DNA of 64,000 nt, from IMG/VR virus record IMGVR_UViG_3300025168_000038, positions 32,001-96,000 of that record. One strand, 5' to 3'. The notes below the pieces were generated by a model. That model was not told where the DNA came from. It saw only the letters and a list, made by a program, of their open reading frames with translations, and did not search any database. Position numbers and translations under genes: made by a program. Source of the stretch: a virus. Positions 15,855 to 23,078 of this stretch are shown piece after piece (position 1 is the first letter of the stretch; every line of letters begins with the position of its first letter).

Positions 15855-17477
15855 TTATGGATAAATTATAATTTCTATTCCTGTTCTTTCTAATACACTA
15901 TCAGCTTGAGTTAAAGATGAAGTCTCATAGGTAAATATATTAAAGCTATTAGTAGTTGCTGATGTTATATTTGTTAATGAAGGTCCGTTCTTATAATTTC
16001 CTGTTGCAGCTGTCATATATACTTTATTTACATCAGCTAATGCAGATGACCATGTAGCTCTATAATTTCCTACTCCTACACGTACATAAGTTAATGTTTT
16101 ACCTGTTGTGTTTTCTAAAACTGTTTCTACTGGATTTCCATTTGTTGTCTGAGTTAACAGAGCTCTATAAACTGTAGAACCAACAGAACCTGCTGTTATA
16201 GAAGTAACATGTCCTTGTGCATTTGTTGTAATTGATGAAGGAGATGCATATGTTCCCGCTGTACCATAATCATTATGATTTATAGTTACTCTTTTCTGTT
16301 GAGCTTGACCAGTTGGTGTGAGCTCAGCACCAACAGTACCTAAGGCTGTACCTCCTACAATATTTAAATCTTCTTCATTTGTTACAGCACTGCTTCCTAC
16401 AAGTATATTATTAGCTCTAACTAAAAAACCATTATAAAAACCAGGCATAAGATAAATCTGTTGCTTTATAAGTTGATCACCTGCACTACTATCACTATAC
16501 ATTATATAGTCTACAGTTGCTGGAGTAACTGTAGGTCTTGACATTATTAAGTTATCTGTACCTAAAGCATTCACACCTATTGTTACTGTGTCAGCTGCAC
16601 TTACTCCTATTTTAAGACCACCTTCTGTTGATGATAAATTTGATTGTGTAAAAGTTACTGTATCATTATTAGCTATAGCCTGTGTTGTAGATCCATCTGT
16701 TATATTAAATGTATAACTACCTCCTCCACCTGATCCATTACTTGCTGCAGTCAATCTACCCTGTTGATCTACAGTAATGTTTGCATTGGTGTAAGATCCC
16801 GGTGTAACAGCGGTGTCATCTAAGTCAATTTCTAATGTACCATTTAGACCTGATGCAGCCATACTAGTTGTAATTCCTGTATCTCCACTAATCAATAAAC
16901 TAAATCCTGACCCTACACTTATGCTAGGGTTTAAACCACCATCTGATCTTACTACCCAATTATATGTATTAGTAATTGTTAGCTCATCAGCAGTTTGTCC
17001 AATAGTAATATTAGTTCCCTCAACTAATGTTCTAAAGTTAAGTGTCTCACCAACTTTATTTTTCCATACTTCTTTACCAGTTCCTACATTAGCTGCAAGA
17101 TTAGGTTCACCTGTTGTTGTAATTTCTATATAATCATCATCTGCAGAAGTAGCAAGAGTAAGGTTGCTGCTCATTGATTTAAGGGATCTATAAAATACAG
17201 TACACTTTTGTGTAGTTGGATCAACTACAGTTTTTTGATATACTTGCCCTGTACCAGCAGCTGGTATAGCTGGAGAATTTGCATGGTCACAATGTTCAGC
17301 AGCAACCTTAAAATCTCTTACCTTTATTACTTTTATGCTTTTATAAGGAATAGGAGAGGCAACACCAGTCATATCTGGTTCTTCATTCACACCTAAAACT
17401 AATACATCATCAAGACCTGCTGTCTTTGCATATACAGATCTTTTTATTAAACTTAATACATCAGTTAAAATGTTCAT
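15855..17477 (-). CDS. Fibre protein (540 aa)
   Basis: Shares the GSYTNANITVDQQGRLTAA and PSS.TT.AQGHVTS repeats with the 1071-aa fibre; LNFRTLVEG motif. Confidence 0.8.
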   Translation of the reverse strand: MNILTDVLSLIKRSVYAKTAGLDDVLVLGVNEEPDMTGVASPIPYKSIKVIKVRDFKVAAEHCDHANSPAIPAAGTGQVYQKTVVDPTTQKCTVFYRSLKSMSSNLTLATSADDDYIEITTTGEPNLAANVGTGKEVWKNKVGETLNFRTLVEGTNITIGQTADELTITNTYNWVVRSDGGLNPSISVGSGFSLLISGDTGITTSMAASGLNGTLEIDLDDTAVTPGSYTNANITVDQQGRLTAASNGSGGGGSYTFNITDGSTTQAIANNDTVTFTQSNLSSTEGGLKIGVSAADTVTIGVNALGTDNLIMSRPTVTPATVDYIMYSDSSAGDQLIKQQIYLMPGFYNGFLVRANNILVGSSAVTNEEDLNIVGGTALGTVGAELTPTGQAQQKRVTINHNDYGTAGTYASPSSITTNAQGHVTSITAGSVGSTVYRALLTQTTNGNPVETVLENTTGKTLTYVRVGVGNYRATWSSALADVNKVYMTAATGNYKNGPSLTNITSATTNSFNIFTYETSSLTQADSVLERTGIEIIIYP

Positions 17478-17481
17478 TGTT

Positions 17482-17583
17482 TTATTTTTTACTATCTTTG
17501 GTTTTACATAAGTGCTTTCTACAATAACCCATACAGATTTTTCCTCTTGAAAGCCATTGTATTAATAAACATAAGTTTCTCAT
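17482..17583 (-). CDS. 33-aa Cys-rich micro-protein (not in the ORF track)
   Basis: MRNLCLLIQWLSRGKICMGYCRKHLCKTKDSKK; ATGA-coupled to the upstream ORF. Confidence 0.6.
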   Translation of the reverse strand: MRNLCLLIQWLSRGKICMGYCRKHLCKTKDSKK

Positions 17584-17714
17584 CTTCCTTGACCTCTATA
17601 TTTTTTTTTATAATTCTTACTACTTACTAAATTTGAGTTTTTAGACTTAGAGTGTACTCCTGGTCTTTTAGCTCTACTAGGTTTAGCATATGTATTGTGT
17701 AATATCCTAGACAT
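17580..17714 (-). CDS. 44-aa highly basic micro-protein (not in the ORF track)
   Basis: MSRILHNTYAKPSRAKRPGVHSKSKNSNLVSSKNYKKKYRGQGR; TAATG overlap with the upstream gene. Confidence 0.75.
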   Translation of the reverse strand: MSRILHNTYAKPSRAKRPGVHSKSKNSNLVSSKNYKKKYRGQGR

Positions 17715-17968
17715 TACTTTATTTCTTTTTTCTTTCTGCCTTTTCTAGCATTACCTTTTACTGCACCTGCAATATCACCCATTTGATTTCCTACTTCTTT
17801 AAGTGCTTTAGCAACATCTTGAATTTCAGATGCTGTCAAACCATATCTGTACTGTAAGTCAGAAGCTAACGCTCTTACTTTTTCATCTAAAGATGTTTTA
17901 GACCAAAGTTTTATCCAATAGTCTTGTGGGCTATATGTCCATAATATACTTACAAATTTTTTAAACAT
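17714..17968 (-). CDS. Hypothetical helical protein with basic tail (84 aa)
   Basis: First gene downstream of the tandem late-promoter-like repeats. Confidence 0.75.
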   Translation of the reverse strand: MFKKFVSILWTYSPQDYWIKLWSKTSLDEKVRALASDLQYRYGLTASEIQDVAKALKEVGNQMGDIAGAVKGNARKGRKKKEIK

Positions 17969-17992
17969 AATAATTAATTTTAAACACTATAT

Positions 17993-18083
17993 TAATAATA
18001 TACAAAATTTGAAGCACTCAGTCAAATAATATATTATATTTGTTCTATAAGTGTAATTAGTGTATAATAATAATATACAAAAT
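17993..18083 (-). promoter_or_regulatory. Two exact 16-bp direct repeats (minus strand ATTTTGTATATTATTA), putative phage late promoters
   Basis: TAATAATATACAAAAT at 17993-18008 and 18068-18083; the core recurs at 50758-50768. Confidence 0.6.
18035..18042 (+). promoter_or_regulatory. TATATTTG -7 box for nrdB-nrdA
   Basis: TAnnTTTG match with an upstream TTTG at 18008-18011. Confidence 0.5.
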
Positions 18084-18188
18084 ATATTACAATTATAAAA
18101 TCATTAAGTAAGTAAATGCAAAATATGAAAATATCATCTGTAAGGTTTTTTTGTCTTACCAATTTTTCTTAAATTATAATTACTCAAT

Positions 18189-18221
18189 GGCTACATTTCT
18201 TACTCAGGAGGTGTGGCTTTT
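18189..18221 (+). promoter_or_regulatory. GU-rich 13-bp hairpin plus T run in the nrdB leader
   Basis: GGCTACATTTCTT-actc-AGGAGGTGTGGCT-TTT. Confidence 0.4.
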
Positions 18222-18251
18222 GTGTCCTTAACAATTAAATACATATAAAAT

Positions 18252-19229
18252 ATGAAAGACATCTTTAAACCCAGACTAAATATACTACCCTATCAATATC
18301 CACAATTATTAGAATACAAAGATGCAATAAGACATTCATATTGGATAGATACAGAATTTAATTTCACAGAAGACATACAAGACTTTAAAATCACTATAAC
18401 ACCTAAAGAAAAAGATGTTATTAAAAAAACAATGTTGGCCATTGCTCAGATAGAAGTTAATGTAAAAACTTTTTGGGGAGACTTATATAAGCGTATGCCT
18501 ATTACAGAAATAGGAGATGTAGGTTTTACTTTTGCAGAATCTGAAGTAAGACATAAAGATGCCTATGCTAGACTGTTGAGGATCTTAGGTTTAGAAAAAG
18601 AATTTGAAACTGTTGTTGAGGTACCAGCTATTAAAGGTAGAATTAAATACTTAAAAAAATATTTAGATGGTACAAGAAGTAGTGATGATAAAATGTATAC
18701 TAAGTCTGTCCTTCTATTCTCTTTGTTTATAGAGCATGTTAGTTTGTTTAGTCAGTTCTTAATCATGATGTCTTTTAACAAAGAGAAAAACCTTTTTAAA
18801 GGAATCTCTAACGTTGTTGAAGCCACCAGTAAAGAAGAAGAAATACATGGAAACTTTGGTGCAGAATTAATAAACATAATAAAAAAAGAAAACCCACATT
18901 GGTTTAACTCACAGTTCAGGCAGTTAATTTATTCTGCTTGTCACAAGGCTTATGAAGCAGAATGTAAAATATTAGACTGGATATTTGAAAAAGGTGAACT
19001 ATCTTTTCTTCCAAAAGAAACAATTGAAAACTTTATAAAGAATAGATTCAACAACTCACTACAAAAAATAGGAATGAAAACTATATTTGAAGTAGATGAA
19101 AACAAATTAAAACAAGTAGAATGGTTTGATATAGAGATAACAGCTACTAAAGAAGGAGATTTCTTCTATAAAAAAAGTGTAGACTACAATAAAAAAAGTA
19201 AAAGCATAACTGAAGATGATCTCTTCTAA
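18252..19229 (+). CDS. nrdB: Ribonucleotide reductase beta subunit, class Id-like
   Basis: Ferritin-like ligands QIE68VNVK72, E98VRH101KDAY105, IEHVSLF and EEEIH; C-terminal DFF...Y. Confidence 0.93.
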   Translation: MKDIFKPRLNILPYQYPQLLEYKDAIRHSYWIDTEFNFTEDIQDFKITITPKEKDVIKKTMLAIAQIEVNVKTFWGDLYKRMPITEIGDVGFTFAESEVRHKDAYARLLRILGLEKEFETVVEVPAIKGRIKYLKKYLDGTRSSDDKMYTKSVLLFSLFIEHVSLFSQFLIMMSFNKEKNLFKGISNVVEATSKEEEIHGNFGAELINIIKKENPHWFNSQFRQLIYSACHKAYEAECKILDWIFEKGELSFLPKETIENFIKNRFNNSLQKIGMKTIFEVDENKLKQVEWFDIEITATKEGDFFYKKSVDYNKKSKSITEDDLF

Positions 19230-19239
19230 AAAAGCAAAC

Positions 19240-20865
19240 ATGGAATACAAAAAATATTACTGGCTTAATCAAGATAGCAGAACGTTTCTGTCTAGAGGTT
19301 ATATAACTGAAACACCAGAACAAAGAATAAAAGACATTGCTATTAAGGCAGAAAAATATTTAAACATCAAAGGCTTTGCTGAAAAGTTTGAAGACTATAT
19401 GGCACGTGGTTTTTACTCTTTATCTACTCCTGTATGGATTAACTTTGGTAAACAAAAAGGTTTGCCTATTAGTTGTTATGGTTCTAATATAGATGATAAC
19501 TTAGATAGTATACTAAACGCAGGCCGTGAAATAGGTATGATGTCTAAGTATGGCGGAGGGACAAGTGCTTTCTTAGGAAACATTAGACCAAGAGGTAGTG
19601 AGATATCTACAGGCGGTCATGCTGATGGTCCTATTCACTATGCTAGGATGTATGATACAGTAGTTGATGTATGTAAACAATCAGAAGCTAGACGTGGTGC
19701 ATGTGCAGTATATTTACCTGTAGAGCATCCAGATATTGCTGAGTTCCTAGACATAGGTACTGAAGGTAACCCTATACAAAACTTACAGTATGGTATTACT
19801 GTTACTGATGAATGGATGAAAGAAATGAAAGAAGGAGACAGAAAAAAACGTAAAGTTTGGGCTAAGATTATACAGCGTAGATCTGAGTTTGGATATCCTT
19901 ATATAATGTTTAAAGATAATAGTAATAATAATTCTCCATATAAAGAAATAGGACTTGAAATTACAGCATCAAATCTATGTTCAGAGATACAGCTGCCAAC
20001 AGATAGTTATAATTCTTTTGTGTGTTGTTTAGGATCTATAAATCTATTACACTGGGATGAGATCAAAGAGACTGATGCAGTACAAACTTATGTATACTTT
20101 TTAAATGCTGTTATGGATGAGTTCATTATCAAGTCAGAAACAATGCCCGGAATGAAAAGAGCATATAACTTTGCAGAAAAACACAGAGCAATTGGCTTAG
20201 GTGTATTAGGATACCATTCTTTATTTCAATCAAAGCTTATAGAGTTTGAATCACTAGAAGCTAAACAACTTAACTCAGAGATATTTAGAACAATAAAAGA
20301 TAGAAGTGAAATAGCCTCAAGAAAACTAAACTCTGAATATGGATATAGGTGTTTAAGAGAAGGTTATGCTAACACTACACTTATGGCTATTGCTCCTACT
20401 AAATCTAGCTCCTTTATACATGGTGCAGTCTCTATGGGTATAGAACCTATTAAGTCTAACTACTTTATTAAGGATCTTGCTAAGTCTAAAACAGTTTATA
20501 AAAATCCTTTTTTAGAGTGTGAGTTAGAAAAACATGGTATTAATAATGATAAGACATGGAAATCTATACTTAAAAAAGACGGAAGTGTACAACACTTAGA
20601 CTTTCCTACTAAGGCTGTGTTTAAATCATTTGTAGAGATAACACCAAAGGAACTTGTACTACAAGCAGCACAAAGACAAAAGTATATTGATCAATCACAA
20701 TCACTTAACTTAATGATAGACCCTTCTGTATCAGCTAAACAAATTAATCAGTTGTATTTGTATGCACATGAGGAAGGAGTAAAAACCTTATACTATCAGT
20801 TTAGTAAGAGTTCTGCACAGGACTTTGCAAGAAACATTTTAGAGTGTGGTAGCTGTGAGGGTTAG
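19240..20865 (+). CDS. nrdA: Ribonucleotide reductase alpha subunit, no ATP cone
   Basis: PISC, GGG, RRGA, SNLCSEI, APTKSSS, KTLYY and C-terminal CGSCEG. Start is probably ATG 19240 (track gives 19216). Confidence 0.95.
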   Translation: MEYKKYYWLNQDSRTFLSRGYITETPEQRIKDIAIKAEKYLNIKGFAEKFEDYMARGFYSLSTPVWINFGKQKGLPISCYGSNIDDNLDSILNAGREIGMMSKYGGGTSAFLGNIRPRGSEISTGGHADGPIHYARMYDTVVDVCKQSEARRGACAVYLPVEHPDIAEFLDIGTEGNPIQNLQYGITVTDEWMKEMKEGDRKKRKVWAKIIQRRSEFGYPYIMFKDNSNNNSPYKEIGLEITASNLCSEIQLPTDSYNSFVCCLGSINLLHWDEIKETDAVQTYVYFLNAVMDEFIIKSETMPGMKRAYNFAEKHRAIGLGVLGYHSLFQSKLIEFESLEAKQLNSEIFRTIKDRSEIASRKLNSEYGYRCLREGYANTTLMAIAPTKSSSFIHGAVSMGIEPIKSNYFIKDLAKSKTVYKNPFLECELEKHGINNDKTWKSILKKDGSVQHLDFPTKAVFKSFVEITPKELVLQAAQRQKYIDQSQSLNLMIDPSVSAKQINQLYLYAHEEGVKTLYYQFSKSSAQDFARNILECGSCEG

Positions 20866-20969
20866 TCTTTAATAAAAACTACAATATCACAACCATGACA
20901 AAAGTAATATTTGTCATCACCTGCACCAGAATAATAAGTCATTGCTGAATTGCATTTTTTACATCTCAT
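20862..20969 (-). CDS. 35-aa zinc-ribbon micro-protein (not in the ORF track)
   Basis: MRCKKCNSAMTYYSGAGDDKYYFCHGCDIVVFIKD = CxxC-x17-CxxC; its stop overlaps the nrdA stop. Confidence 0.7.
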   Translation of the reverse strand: MRCKKCNSAMTYYSGAGDDKYYFCHGCDIVVFIKD

Positions 20970-20971
20970 GT

Positions 20972-21058
20972 TTATTTTTGTTTTAAGTCATCTATTAATA
21001 GTTGACAAACTGTAAAAATAATAAATATATAAAATACTAAAAGTGTATACTTTTCCAC
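20972..21058 (-). CDS. 28-aa single-TM micro-protein, GTG start (not in the ORF track)
   Basis: MEKYTLLVFYIFIIFTVCQLLIDDLKQK; abuts both neighbours. Confidence 0.5.
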   Translation of the reverse strand: MEKYTLLVFYIFIIFTVCQLLIDDLKQK

Positions 21059-21478
21059 TTAGTAACTTGCTTCACGCCTAACTACTTCTATAGCTCTGAC
21101 CATTTTGTTATAGTCTACAGGGCATAATAGATCAAGCTTAGCTCTTGCTGTAAATTTAATGTATGCATCACCCTTTAAATATAATAGTAGGGTTGGTGCC
21201 ATTCTAATTCTAAGTTCTTTTTTTAATTTTGGTGATGTTGCAATATCACATCTATAATATGTGACTCCTTCAAGTTTGTTAATTTTTTCCCAGTCTTGAA
21301 ACGCATTATCTTTATTAAACTCTGCCCAGAATTCTACTACAATTACATCATCTTCTTCATTTTCATCAAAAGCTGATCCTGCTGTAACTTTTTCTTCAAA
21401 GTTTTTATCTGTTATCCATTCCTGAGACAGTACAGTTGTTGTTGTTAAAAGCAATAATACTGTAAGGAGATACTTCAT
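21059..21478 (-). CDS. Secreted thioredoxin-fold protein lacking CxxC
   Basis: Signal-peptide-like N-terminus; ITDKNF...VVEFWAEFN and IRMAPTLLLY (cis-Pro loop). Confidence 0.75.
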   Translation of the reverse strand: MKYLLTVLLLLTTTTVLSQEWITDKNFEEKVTAGSAFDENEEDDVIVVEFWAEFNKDNAFQDWEKINKLEGVTYYRCDIATSPKLKKELRIRMAPTLLLYLKGDAYIKFTARAKLDLLCPVDYNKMVRAIEVVRREASY

Positions 21479-21479
21479 T

Positions 21480-21770
21480 TTAATTCTTTTTAGTTAACTC
21501 GTAGATTCTCTCTTCCATTTTGTCAAACTTTTCTAATAAAGCTTCTACATCTTCTTGAGTATCCATAATGGTTTGTCTAATAAGCTCATCTTTTAAATCA
21601 TACTCTACTCTTTCTATTGGAGGTTTTGGATTCTCCATTGCCGTAGCTATGTCTGCTTTTAATGTAAACCACATTGTAGAAAGTGAGATTGTAAAGCCCA
21701 CAACCATACCAATTGTTTTTAAATCTAAAGTTATTTTTGTTTTTTCTCCTATTTCTGGTACTCCTGCCAT
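21480..21770 (-). CDS. Single-TM coiled-coil membrane protein (96 aa)
   Basis: TM segment IGMVVGFTISLSTMWF; heptad C-terminus. Confidence 0.75.
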   Translation of the reverse strand: MAGVPEIGEKTKITLDLKTIGMVVGFTISLSTMWFTLKADIATAMENPKPPIERVEYDLKDELIRQTIMDTQEDVEALLEKFDKMEERIYELTKKN

Positions 21771-21782
21771 TGTTTTATTTTT

Positions 21783-22985
21783 TTACTTGAATGTATAATT
21801 TAATCCTAATGTTGTTTGAAACAGCTCACTGTCCCACATCTTAGAGTATTCTCCTTCCATAAATAACCCTATATTTTTATTTATCTTCCAGCCTAAGTTA
21901 GCACCAAAAGAATAGTCTGCCCATTGTTCTGGGTCATTATCCTCTATCAATCCTCCCTTACCCCAATTATTTCTGTTTAAATAAGAAACAACCTCATCAC
22001 CTTTTAAGTAGTTATGGTAAGGTAATATATAGTTAGCATATGCATGCAACCAAAAGTTTCTTTTATAATGATAAAAGTCCATCCCTACTATTGGTGCTAT
22101 CTCACCAAATGCAGGCACCTCTTCTAACATTTCTCTATTATAACGGTTCATTAAATCTGTAAATACAGTTTCTCTAAAATCAATATCAGAATAAGCTACA
22201 ATAGTTCCATCTTGATCTCTCCATATCCAGTCTTGCATTTGTTGACCTGTTTCAGCATCTGTGTATGTAGTAAGATGATCAGTATAACCATATTCAAACC
22301 CTAATGTATACCAATAGTTAACTGGATATTCTTGACCGTTAATTATTTGTGTTTCATTTAACCAGATTTCAATAGGGTTATAACCATATGCACGGCTATG
22401 AGTTCTATAAATTGCACCTGCAGAGATACTAAACTTTTCTCCTAAAGGCAACCTTAATCTTGCTTCTGCTGATTCATAGGCTAGATTTATCTTTCCTACC
22501 TCTCTTGACTCAACTTTAAAGATGTGATGGTCTCCTGTATGCTTTATGAAGAATCTGTGATTTCTAAACATCTCACCTCTCCAACGTTCTTTCTCCCAAT
22601 GTAATTGATATTCTAAGCCTTTTAATGCAGAACTTGGAGCACTAAACGCTAACTGTTCTTCTGTACCATCATAAAAGTTTCTTGGTTTTCTCTCGTAACT
22701 AAACCTTGCTAGCTTTCTAATACCAAAACCAATTCTATAATCATATGGATAGTCAGGTGTATTGTCTACTACAACAGGTATATCATACAGACCATTGCCA
22801 TCTCCTGTTCTTACAAAATAGGTTGACACATCTTCTTCTATAGAGTTGTTTATATCAACAGCTCCGTATACAGTACCATATTTAATAAAATCTTTATATA
22901 GGGATTTAAAAAATGGTGAACCATCTTGAGCAGAAGCACCATTCATAACCAATATACACACTAATAAACTTACATATCTTTTCAT
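21783..22985 (-). CDS. Putative outer-membrane beta-barrel protein (400 aa)
   Basis: Signal peptide ending ASA-Q; alternating aromatic beta strands; C-terminal LGLNYTFK beta-signal. Confidence 0.65.
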   Translation of the reverse strand: MKRYVSLLVCILVMNGASAQDGSPFFKSLYKDFIKYGTVYGAVDINNSIEEDVSTYFVRTGDGNGLYDIPVVVDNTPDYPYDYRIGFGIRKLARFSYERKPRNFYDGTEEQLAFSAPSSALKGLEYQLHWEKERWRGEMFRNHRFFIKHTGDHHIFKVESREVGKINLAYESAEARLRLPLGEKFSISAGAIYRTHSRAYGYNPIEIWLNETQIINGQEYPVNYWYTLGFEYGYTDHLTTYTDAETGQQMQDWIWRDQDGTIVAYSDIDFRETVFTDLMNRYNREMLEEVPAFGEIAPIVGMDFYHYKRNFWLHAYANYILPYHNYLKGDEVVSYLNRNNWGKGGLIEDNDPEQWADYSFGANLGWKINKNIGLFMEGEYSKMWDSELFQTTLGLNYTFK

Positions 22986-23078
22986 ATTGTAGTTTTGTTA
23001 TGTTAATACTATTGGTTTATATAATAATATAAGAACTTTTTATGAATCTAAGAAGAACTTAACCTGAAAATTTGGCAT

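Noticed and set aside
10873-17477. CRISPR array or DGR template/variable repeats
   Set aside because: The repeats are in-frame, degenerate at synonymous sites and not adenine-specific; no reverse transcriptase or cas operon is present in the window.
2215-20865. Introns or inteins in polB, nrdA or nrdB
   Set aside because: All are continuous and of compact length; no intein C/HN termini or homing-endonuclease motifs seen.
21059-21478. Thioredoxin as the electron donor for the adjacent RNR
   Set aside because: It lacks CxxC, has a signal peptide and lies in a different, opposite-strand transcription unit.
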